From Oikopleura dioica (taxonomy: Eukaryota; Animalia; Chordata): 64,000 bases of DNA. Under the pieces are notes generated by a model. The model was not told the DNA's origin, did not search any database, and saw only the letters and a list, made by a program, of their open reading frames with translations. The translations under genes and the position numbers were made by a program. The DNA lies in NCBI GenBank assembly GCA_907165135.1, contig OU015569.1, positions 8,804,001 to 8,868,000 on the forward strand, read 5' to 3'. Below, piece by piece: positions 1 to 10,390 of this stretch. Positions within the stretch are counted from its first letter, which is position 1, and every line of letters starts with the position of its first letter.

Positions 1-962
1 TCCAAATTGCCAAGCTTGCCGATACTTCTCGGGATGCCCTCAAAGTCAAACTGGTTCTCGGAAATGTAGAGGGACGTTAGCTGCGTGAGCTTCTGAAGAG
101 ACGCCGGTAAGGACGTGAGTTTGTTATTGCTTAGGTTGAGGTTGCGAAGATGGTGCCACTTGTCAATCTGGAGGTGCACCTCACTGATATCGTTATTAGA
201 CAGATTGATCCGGCGCAGTTGTATGCATTCGAAAAGGCAATCAGGGATCTCCTGCAACTGATTGGAACTCAGGTCGATCACTTCCAGTGTCTGCGCCAAA
301 CCTTCGAAAGACTGGGGTAAATTTGCAGCAGTTCGCTGAGTATTTGATAAATATAACTCCTTGAGTGCGATGAGCGATGGAAGCTGTCTCAATTGCGCGA
401 ATCCTAGCGGATTGTTTGATATGTTCATGATACGAAGACTAGATAGACGTCTCATTTGAGCAGGCAGCGTCTCAAGTTGGTTGCCAGACAAGTCCAAATG
501 CATCAGATCGCAGAGATTGACGAATGTTGTCTGCGGAATTTCAGAAATTTGGTTGTCGGCGAGATTGAGCACGAGTAAGCCTTCCGCTTCCTCCAGTCGC
601 TCAGGAACGGCGCGGAGCTTGTTCTTCTGCAGATCGAGCACATTGAGCTCTTTGTGAAATATCTCCGGCGGGAGAGAGGTCTCAAGAATCAAGTTACTCT
701 TCGCAATAAGGCTTTTAAGGTTGGGTAGCTCGGAGAGATCTTCTAAACTCGCTAGCTGGTTGAAGGATATATCAAGTTCCTCAAGATTTTTGCAGGAAAC
801 AATTTCAGCCGGAAGCACTTTCAAGCCCGTTCGCGCCAGCTTCAACCATCTTACATTTTGGAGTTCTTTAAGCTGCTCTGTGTCTCCAAGCTTGGTGGTG
901 TCCCCGATCGGAAATCGAGTCAGGTCGATTCCACGGAGGAAGGACAAAACTCCGGAGGCCAT
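1..962 (-). CDS. FLII: Flightless-I homolog, N-terminal LRR region (continues off the left edge)
   Basis: Hand translation of an uninterrupted minus-strand ORF from ATG 962: MASGVLSFLRGIDL...VRWLKLARTGLKVLP...LPAQMRRL...AQLRQLPSL...TQRTAANLP...FDFEGIPRSIGKLGNL. It is collinear with the FLII N-terminus as I recall it (GVLPFVRGVDLS, LRWLKLNRTGL, LPPQMRRL, QLRQLP, TQRT, DFDGLPSGIGKL). Absent from the ORF track because no stop falls inside the window. Confidence 0.9.
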   Translation of the reverse strand, partial: MASGVLSFLRGIDLTRFPIGDTTKLGDTEQLKELQNVRWLKLARTGLKVLPAEIVSCKNLEELDISFNQLASLEDLSELPNLKSLIAKSNLILETSLPPEIFHKELNVLDLQKNKLRAVPERLEEAEGLLVLNLADNQISEIPQTTFVNLCDLMHLDLSGNQLETLPAQMRRLSSLRIMNISNNPLGFAQLRQLPSLIALKELYLSNTQRTAANLPQSFEGLAQTLEVIDLSSNQLQEIPDCLFECIQLRRINLSNNDISEVHLQIDKWHHLRNLNLSNNKLTSLPASLQKLTQLTSLYISENQFDFEGIPRSIGKLGNL

Positions 963-1178
963 TATTGCATACTAGGATTGTAAAGTAACAGTCGATTGTA
1001 GCGAGCTTATTCCCTTGGGGAAGGGATTACAGAAAAGGCTTCTTTATGGAGTAAATTGCACAGATATAAATTTTAAGTTAGAGCAACAGTTTTTGAGTTT
1101 TGGAAGTAAAGCTAGAAAAAGAGACGGAAAATGGAAACAAAAGGTCCAGTTCGCTGGACAGAGCGAGTCGGAATTGAA

Positions 1179-4100
1179 TTAAACGGAAGACGATGAATCA
1201 TTTATTCTTTTAGTGAATGGGAAAAGTAAGGCCAAGCTTGAGTCGACTCGAGAACTCTTCTTTTGGAGCTTTCCGAGAAGTGTAGTGAACGTCGGTCGAT
1301 CCTCATGTTTGAAGGCCCAGCAAGATCTTACGATTTCGAACATGCTCATCGGGCAATTCAGCGGCTTTGGTAGTCGCTAAAATAATGTAAAACACAGTGG
1401 CTACTAGAAAAGTTTATAAAATCATGAAACTTACACAGCCCTCTTGAAGTGCATTGAAAAGTTCAACTAGAGTTAGATGGGACTTCTTTTCGGCATTTTT
1501 GTACTCAGGGCGTTGACCGTAGGAGAATATCTCCCAGAGAGTGACGCCAAAACTCCACACATCGGATGTGTAGTGGTACGACTGATCCTTTATGCATTCA
1601 GGCGCGTACCACTGAACAGGAAACTCTTCTGGGTTACCTCTGTAGTACGTTTTTGTCGCTAGAAAAATTACTAACAACAAATCTTGGATAAAAAACTCAC
1701 CGTCGACTCTTCGACTAAGACCGAAATCGCTTATTTTTGCAACAAGTGTGATTTTGTCGGGATCTAATGAACAGGCTTGAGAGGCGACCATTACGTTTCT
1801 CGCAGCCAAGTCTCGGTGTATTTTGCCCTTGGAGTGGATGTACTCCATGCCTTCGCAGATTTGAATTGAGAATGCAAACAGCTGCTCGAAAATTGAGTCG
1901 AAAGGTACTTCCTGAATATTTATATTTAGTTTCCTTGCCTTGCGATTTCTAGATAAAGTTTGGTTGTTTTCAATATCCAGAATTTACATGAGAACATCTC
2001 GTTGAGCCCTTTTAATATAATCTAAAATCTCTAAGAGAAAATGAATGTCACTTATCAGTATCAATGGGCAGCTGCTATCGCGAAAAGTAAGAGTTAAGCG
2101 GAATCAAAAGTTAAGATTCATAACCATTATATGATACATTTTCTAAGACGATTGGAATGCGCTGGAAACACAAATTCGTTCGGGGCTAAATGTCAATAGA
2201 GGTCCTATAATTCATACGGCCATACAACAGAAACGGTACCGAATCGCAGAAAAACTCATTGAGCACGGGTAAGTAAATTGAGAACTAACAAGTTTACATT
2301 TGTATTTAGCGCCGACGTGAATAAAGTGAATAGAAAAGGGAAGTCGCCGCTACAGATTCTCATAGAAAATAACAAATTCAACCCTCCGAATGTTAAACAC
2401 CGCAGAAGCTCTAAACGAGAAGCGTATTTGAAACGGAAAAAAGAATATGCGGAAAAACTAAAAGCGAAGTCTCAAATTGAATCACTCATTGAAGTCAAAG
2501 ACGACGAAGAAAGCCATTGTGTTGGCGCTTGCGGAGATGGAGCTGTAAAGGCGGAGGAAGATGCTACAAATGCGCTTGCTCAGTGCTCTCTACAAACAGA
2601 AAAAGACGTATCCAAGGTAGCGGAAGATGTCGTAGAAGAACCCGTTAAAGAAATGTCGGTTATAAAATTCGCGCGATATCTGATGGAAAAAGGTAATTGA
2701 CGAAAAAACAAATTGATAACTTATTAGGTGCCAATAAAATCAATGGAATTAATGATGGGCCAAATCACCTGAGGTTCCAAGAGTTCTATAAACGCAAAAC
2801 GAAGTTGACACGACACGAATATGACGATTTGCAAGACTTGATTCGATGCGGCAATACTATTTCACTAGAACGAAAACTTAACCAAGCATTCACTGTCCAC
2901 TCCGGTACAGTGATAAAAAATTATGCCTACATGGACAGTATTTTTTATATTGCACAAGCGATTTTTGATGATATTGATATATTTTTTAAGCCCCTTTACT
3001 GCACGTATTACAGCTTTAGCTACATTTTGAGCACTTGGTGGAGATTCAACGATGTCTCTGCTCAGAGGAGTTAGACCCCAAAATCTATAAGAAATAGATC
3101 CCATCAATGCTTGAGCAATATAAAAATACAAGTGACAGTTGTCATAGTTATTTTTCAGTTGGGCCAGATGAGCGCTTCCGCAGAGGAATGCTTCACATGG
3201 CAGTAATTGCGCCTTGCATGGAAATTGTGAAAGTTCTACTTGACCGTGGCGCTGATCCCAATTTGGAAGACGCGAATGGATGCACCCCCCTATCGATGAT
3301 TTTCTTTCCGATTATGTTCCACGAGCGACACAGGTACAAAGACGAATCTCAGATCCCTCGAGAACTTCTAATGTGGAATGATCCAACTGGGCTAGCTGGA
3401 GAAAAAGGAAGAAATGATATGCTTGTTTGCATAGGCCAGCGCTTACTTCAAGGTAAAGGCGAGTTATCTAGTAAGTCACGGTAAAATCTTAGCTGGGGCG
3501 AGATTCGTGCCCGACCACACGCCCGATTTGGATAAGAAGACATTGCAAGAAAAATGGCCAAATTGGTATGTAGAATTGAAGACTAACTTCTTTAACAGAA
3601 ACTTTAGTCCATTAATCATATTTTGGCATCTCTACTCAAAAGGGTCAGGAACTTCTATGATTCCAACAGATCCGATCATTGCTTGCACCAGTCGGAAAAA
3701 AGCATACAAAAAAACGAAGAATGTGAAAAGCAAGCACGGAAGAAGAGTACTCTGTCCGATCAAAGAAATTTGAATGCCAAGATCGAATTACAAGTATTTT
3801 TGAATTTTTAGTCTGCCCTTTTCGTTAAATCATAATAAATCACCTCTTTTCTTCTATGAGAAAGCCAAGAGAATAGCGAGCCATTCTCTATATATTCCAT
3901 GACCAGTCGTCCACTCGGGAGCGAGAGGCCAAGAAGCTTAACGATATTCTTGTGGTCGAACTCGCGCCAAATGTCGAATTCGTTCCGGAAGTCACTCGTG
4001 TTCTGCACAGATCGCATGTTATCTCGCAGGCTGGAAATCGTATATTGTCCGGAGACGGTGAAAATAACGAAAGTACCTTTTTACGGCGACAAGTTCCGAG

Positions 4101-7100
4101 CGATGCGGCACACTATTTGAACTGTTGTCGTGGCTGCAGAGCTCGACGACGCCAAAATGCCCTTGTCCGAGCTGTTTCACTGTTGTCAGTGCCATGTCTT
4201 GGTAAGTCGATACGCTCATGTAATCGTCCATCGCTATTAAGTTGAGTAAGATAGTTTTTGATATCAATCAGGAGACTCTTACCATTAGCACTTGATGGAA
4301 GCTCCAGGCTAAGAGTTTTATCGGTTTCCCTAGCAATGACACGGGCGATAGCAAGCTCACGAAGCAGGTCAGAGAATGATGGCCGCAGAGTAGGTTCTGG
4401 ATTCCAGCATTCTCTGATCATATTATGAAGTTTCGGATTGAGGTCTTCGATCCACGTTGGAAGGTCACGTACACGCTTTGTACAGTAGCGGTCTTTATCA
4501 GGTCTGCTCAAAGGAACACTCATTTTGAAGCTTTTGTAGCACCACTGGCCAATCTCAGCCACCAAAGTTGCGTAGCTCCAGTTGTCGTAGCATAACGGGA
4601 ACTTCTCGACTTGGCTACACTCAAGTTAATATTGAGAACATGCATGATTGAAAGGTACCTAGAAATGTACTCTATGGGAATCCAGGGAGGGGGGAGATCC
4701 ATTTCCCGTGAATACTCTGAATTGTGCTTTGTTGCCATGTGGTGGACGACGCCAGGATCAGAAATTTTGACTTGAGGCTGAGGAGTGTTGATAGGACCAT
4801 CGGTGAAGAGTAAAATATTTGATGCTTTGATTTTGCCATGGAAAAGGCACCGACTTCGGAGATATTGAAGTGCTGTGGCAACTAAATTCCAAGTTCTTAG
4901 GTGCTTTTAGAGGACGTTCTCTACCTTGCCAAAGAACTTCTAGTTTCCAAGCAATCCAATTTCGCTTTGGTGACTCTGTCGACTTATCTTCGGTCTCTCC
5001 TGTGAAGCCTCCGTAACTACTTGAGTTTACTGTCGTAACTTCAGTGCGAACAGTCTGACCAGTATTCAGCTGCTCGTATTTAGTTGACGAGCTGTCTTTC
5101 GATACTCCATCCCAGGCATCGTAGTACCCATTTTCACCGTAAGGGCATTCGTACTCAATGTCTGGTCTAAAATAACATTTTTTGGTGATTCAAGACTTTC
5201 GCTGACCCGAAGTTTTCCTCGTAGTTCGCATCTTGTCTACTTCTGAGTTGCTCATGCTTTCGTCTCAAATAACAATCAATGCTACCACCTGGTGCTCGCT
5301 CAAGGATGATTGCGCCTGTGCTCATAATTCCTTAAAATGTCTTATTTTCTAAGTAGGTTAGTTAAATTAAACCTAGTAGACGCACAATGTGGGGATGTCT
5401 TGAATTATGGATGATGTCGAGTGATTCGTGAAAGGCTTCTTTAACGGACTTGATCGCTACCTCGTCAATATTTCCGAAGATCCGGCTCGCAAGTGTCGAA
5501 TATCGAGAGGCCGGAAGGGACTGTGTTTAGCTCCAAAAAATGGGCTCAGAATTTAAAGTACTGACACTTTCCTGAGAAGATCGTCGTTTTTGATACACTT
5601 AGTCACGACTGAACGTTCTTTTTTGGTTGCTTCGATCTGCATGCGGCCTTGGTAAACGTCCGTAAATCTTCCAGCGCCCATTACAGACTTCGACGTGACT
5701 TTACTCTCCGGATACAGTGCGTGTGAGGGCAACTCTATCCTCTCGGGAACAAGGCTTTTCATCGAACTTTCCCCGGCAGAGAATACTTTCGTTCTTGTTG
5801 GACTGACGACGCAAGGAGTCAGCCTTCTGGACACATTGAATGGTGACCCCTTTCCATTGGTTAGAACATCTTGAAGAGAATCGAACTCCGGTGAGTTGTC
5901 GCCGCTAAACTTGAGTTTTCCTGTCGAAGGATTACGCAGTATCTGGAAATTCAAGTATTGGCCATCTGTGGATAGAATTGTGATGAACCATTCAATGGAC
6001 GGGAAAACAACATGAAACATTGACCGCTTAGCTTGTTCTTGAAAATATTGTAAGGTTATGTTCCCATCCCTGAAGATGTGTTCTGATCAGCGCCACGACG
6101 GAGAAGGCAAAAGCCACGACTGGACAACAGCTCTTTCGCTCGTTGGAAACTCAGAGGCCCAAAAGCGCCCAGCGTTCGTTCTTCAACAAGCATCGGCCAA
6201 GTAACATCAGCGTTCTGGTAAGAGTGAGGATCTCCTGTTAAATTTACCATGCCTTCAATATAGATGTGGCAGTCCGTAGCGATTTCTTCAGAAGAAAAAG
6301 TCACTTGCCACTCGTTAATGTCCATGAAGTTAACGCTTTATGTTTGGAATTTATCTTGAGAAGAGACGTATTTTTTACCTGAGTTGCTTTTTGGAACGGC
6401 GTGAGAAAAGGACATTTTTGAAGGAGCTGGAGAAATGACGAGTCCAATCTTTTCCTTCTCGCTGAAGCAAGATGCCGTTCTCAGGATGGACCCAGACTCG
6501 ACCTTTGTCGCCTCTTCCAAAGGTTACATCGTATATTTCGCCCCAAGTCTCTTCACGCACGTTTGGAAGGAGATTGTAGAGGTATTGATCGCGCAGCTGA
6601 GTGATCGTTAAACTTTTCAAATTCTCTTGCTCGTGCGCTTTCACGGACTTCTTGAAAAGCTTCTTGAGACGAATAGACGTAATGATGGAGTTTACACGGA
6701 CTGTTTTCTTCGAACGTAACTGCGGCGAAAGTAGCATTTCGTGGTTTGTCGGCGGGACGATGCCTTCTTTCTTCAGTCTCACTGTGTCTATTACCGCCAG
6801 TCCCAGTCCCTGAGAGGACTGGTTCTCTGTGTCTTCTAGTTGAATTGCTCCCGACAAGTAATCCCGCCGGATTTGATAGAACGCGTATCGCCACAAGCCA
6901 TCAGAATACAAGCTCTCGCCCCCTTGCCGAGAGGGCCAGTTGATCTTCTTCTCGCTCTTGGAAAATGGAAAAAGGTAGCGGATTCGGAGTCGAAGGGTTG
7001 ACAAATTTTGCTGGTTGAATTTCGAGTCTGGCTATTGGAGGCTCCTTTGATGCGTGAGAAGAAAACGCTGCATCATCAATTGAAAGCCTTTCCTTTATCA

Positions 7101-7323
7101 ATGTCGACAGGTCATTAATTCTGAGTGCTGGACGAAGCCAGTGGCCATTCGCAGATTGAAGACCGAAGATTGTCAAGTCTTTGGGACTGATTTCATAGTC
7201 GGCTATCCCATCGCTCGTATACAGGCAGTGTTTAATTATATCTTCAATAGTTTCGCAGTGTTCGGGGATTGATATTACGCGCAGCTCTTCCTCCACGATT
7301 TCGACTTTAATTCCGAAGCCCAT
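1179..7323 (-). CDS. JAK: Janus kinase (FERM, SH2-like, JH2 pseudokinase, JH1 kinase), multi-exon
   Basis: JH1: LGQGHFGVVELC, VAVK, HRDLAARN, DFGLSR, TYYRG activation loop, PVQWYAPE, SDVWSFGVTLWEIF, CW...RPTF; stop at 1179-1181. JH2: MGAGRFTDVYQG, IAWKLEVLWQV, FHGKIKASNILL, KISDPG, WIPIE. FERM-like FYQIRRDYLSG upstream. Exons join at GT-AG sites with consistent phase. Confidence 0.9.
2041..3811 (+). CDS. Ankyrin-repeat protein nested antisense in a JAK intron, multi-exon
   Basis: Spliced model MNVTYQ...GPIIHTAIQQKRYRIAEKLIEHG|ADVNKVNRKGKSPLQILIENN, and RGMLHMAVIAPCMEIVKVLLDRGADPNLEDANGCTPL. Ankyrin consensus present; short GT-AG introns in phase; lies inside the JAK intron 1912-3844. Confidence 0.7.
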
Positions 7324-7691
7324 TTTCTTCTTCGTTTTGGTTCTTCTGATTTCTCACAGGTTCTCGTCATCTCTTCATCACTCTCGTCTTAATGAAGGCA
7401 ATTCAAAAGCGGTTCTTGAAGTTTGTACTACGAATGAGTTGATTTCAAGGAGAAAAAAGAATTATTGCACAGTCGGAACTGCTAGGAAGGCACGACTAAA
7501 CAGCTACTAAATATAAGAAATCCGGAAAAAGCAGTCCAACGCTCGGTTTAGAGATGATAGATGAGTTGACTCTCTGAAGGAAAGAGTTAATATACAGTAG
7601 TTATGAGGGCGCCAGGGAAATTGGATCACTGGGCATTTCCATTCGCGTCAGTTCTTACGTTAACTGGTAGCAATGAACCATTTCTGATGAT

Positions 7692-7814
7692 CTACTGAGA
7701 CTTGATCGAGTTTCCAGCTCCGTTAACGGACACGAAGTGAAACAAGACGATAAGCAGGAAAATGACACAGCCGAGAAGGTTGGCAAACATACCGAGCTGC
7801 ATATCCGAAATCAT
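7692..7814 (-). CDS. OST4: Oligosaccharyltransferase subunit 4 (40 aa)
   Basis: [40 protein letters not shown], closely matching OST4 ([31 protein letters not shown]). Below the ORF-track length cut-off. Confidence 0.9.
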   Translation of the reverse strand: MISDMQLGMFANLLGCVIFLLIVLFHFVSVNGAGNSIKSQ

Positions 7815-7877
7815 TTTGTGTCAGGTCTGAACAATCTTGCCTTATACGCCTGTCTTGGTGGAAAGAAAATCGTAAGA

Positions 7878-8728
7878 TCAGAACACACAGCAGCTAAGGT
7901 TTTTGATGCGGGAAAAAGTTAGTTCGTCGAAGATTCGCTCGCTGCCTGCAAGTTAAGACAAAGTAGAGTCAACAGATTTTGTTCGTGTAAATTTTATTTA
8001 GGAACAGTGTGAACAGCTAAAGAAAGGTTGAGTAAACACTCAATCATATTGGTGGAAAAGGGGTTTTCCCTTTCATACCGGTAAGCCATACCCTACCGGT
8101 AATGTTCCTTGGCCGATTTCGCGGCCAGTTCTCGGCCACGAAATGGCCCTCACATCCCTCGAAAATTTCCCAGTCTCCTCACTGGGAAATTTTCAGGGCG
8201 TCAGTACCCAGCTCTTCTGAGTACTGTTCTTCAGATTCTGGGACGAGGCATTCTTCGTTGTCGTCCTCAATCCCTAGGAGCGGAAGAGATCTAAACTTTC
8301 AGTTATTTCGTAAAGTCTGACTAAAAAGATCTTACCTCCTCTAGATATTTTCGAACGGCCATTTTATTCTCAGTTTTAACTCGAGAGTCATTTTCTAAAA
8401 TATGAAAATTATTATCCGGTAAAGTTCCGAATTTATAAACAGAAGCTGTCTCGGTAGTTGAAGTTTGACATTTCAGGAAGGCTGCAGCGCTTAGTGAAAA
8501 TACATAAAAAGGGTAAGTCTCAGTTAAAAAGTGAAGAATTTGTCGGAGTACATTGAGTGGTTTGCTGTCAACATCTCACGAGTGGCAGAGCGTGATTTGA
8601 TTGGTTAGTTTGGCAGAGCGTGGGCAATGAGAAATGGTCTCACCAGCATAAGCGGAGGAGTCGTGGGGGAGAAGAGGTCCCCCCTCGCGGAAGACCCATC
8701 TCGCTCTTGGAAGACTTCTCTCCTCCAT
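7878..8728 (-). CDS. Hypothetical 4-exon small protein (~107 aa), possibly ending in CaaX (CCVF)
   Basis: Candidate exons 8644-8728, 8336-8394, ~8182-8295 and 7878-~7948 join in phase at GT-AG sites: MEERSLP...KYLEEFRSLPLLG...KISQQRANLRRTNFSRIKNLSCCVF*. No homolog recognised; alternative acceptors are possible. Confidence 0.35.
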
Positions 8729-10390
8729 GATTTCTTATGGCTTCTGTTTGATAGCTCTAGCTAAAACATAGCTTCCGTAGATATTTTCGCTATTCTAACT
8801 AGGTAGGACTCTGATGATCAAATTGATCCGCCCGCTGTATTCCGAAATTCGATGCTTAGGTTTGATCCAAGTGCGATTGATTTTTCGATAGAAATATGAA
8901 ATGATTGATAGAATATATATTTTTAATATCCAAAACTAGAGATTTCTGAATGATTGATGAGCCGACACGACATATTGGCAACTAGCCCTTGAAAAACGGT
9001 CCTTGGCAATTTACGGTTGAAGATTTAGAAGAAGAGTGGAAACTATAAGTATTCTACATGATGATTCCGTCAGAAAAGGCTTGGGAATTTCGAAATTGCA
9101 AAAAAGGCGTGAGATTTAATTCGATATTGATCGCAGCTTCATTGTTCCGCTAGCAGCAAGAGAGCACCTCGTGCTCCGGATCAACTGGATTCACGCGGCG
9201 GGAGTCTCCACCGGTTCCCCATCAGTATTCCCGTTCTCTACTAGAAAATCGACGCCTGGCCTAAATCTACCTCTAAATCGCTCAAGACCTCGCCAGATAG
9301 CAGCATGAAAATAATGCTCGTTTGAAAGTTGAAATTATGATTGAGAAGCTCGAAAATGGAGATCAAAATCTAAATGTTATAAATTATCCCCCTGGCCAGA
9401 AATAGGGCTCAATTGAGTAAGCAAATTTGCGGAGTGTCATGTGATAAGGGTGGCCCCATTTAGAAGGGTCTTTTATCGCAAAGAAAATCAGAAAGCAAAT
9501 TTTTCCTCGAGCACACGGAGATGGCGGCGGCATCAAACAGGCCTCACAAGTACCACCACTTCTTGACCACAGTCACATGACCTCTTTTCCGATAAACCGA
9601 TATTTTTGGCTTTATCCACGATCCCTTTTATAGTGAAAGAAACCTCCGCGAGTAGCACGAAGTACAACCCAAGACCGAATTAAGTCAGATGCTTGTTAAT
9701 CGAATAACGTAAAAGTGACACAAATGCTAATTGACTTGACGTACGGCTCGTATACATAAACTACACAAGCATCTAATGCCATCTTGTATATAAACAATCA
9801 TAGCTACGAAAGTATAGACTACAAATATTGAACAACCAAAGCAGACGCACTTTTTCAACTAAGTTCATCATCTTTTATGATTTACAATTGATTCTTTGGA
9901 AAAAAGAATATTTACTGTGGTTCTAGACTTTATAAAAAGAAAGGAATAGTGACCATTGCCTTGCTGCATGTTATGTTATTCAATAATATAACAATCTTTA
10001 TTTGATGATCAATAATGATATTATTATTTATTGTGGCTTTTGCAAACCTCTTACTTGATCATACTTATGAGAACTCTTACTATTATTTATATTTCTAAAG
10101 AAAACTTAGTTGTTGCTGAATAAGCTAGAATAAGCCAATTCTCCGTGCTCAGCAGGAGCTCCTGTGCTGACTTGATTTTTGGGAGCCGAGCGGCGCCACC
10201 ACGTGACTTGCCGTCGATCGCCTCGTCCTTCACTCTTTTTTGGCGGAGGACTGCTCGACTGGTGCCAAGATTGCATTTCGTTCACCATCCGCAGCAATAA
10301 CATTCTACAAATTTCAAAGTTTGATAGTTTTTTACTAAAACCTTCGGTGAGAGAACAAGCACTTAGAAGAGAAAGATTAACGAAGTAATA

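Noticed and set aside
3640-3811. Possible SOCS box at the end of the nested ankyrin gene (an ASB inside JAK)
   Set aside because: CLHQSEKSIQK lacks the SLxxLCR..I and LPLP consensus.
8178-8180. In-frame TGA next to a hairpin, as selenocysteine or readthrough
   Set aside because: No SECIS features seen and no selenoprotein similarity; a GTGAG donor overlapping the codon is a simpler explanation.
10106-10303. 65-aa minus-strand ORF with dibasic sites (neuropeptide-like)
   Set aside because: No signal peptide or linked upstream exon identified.
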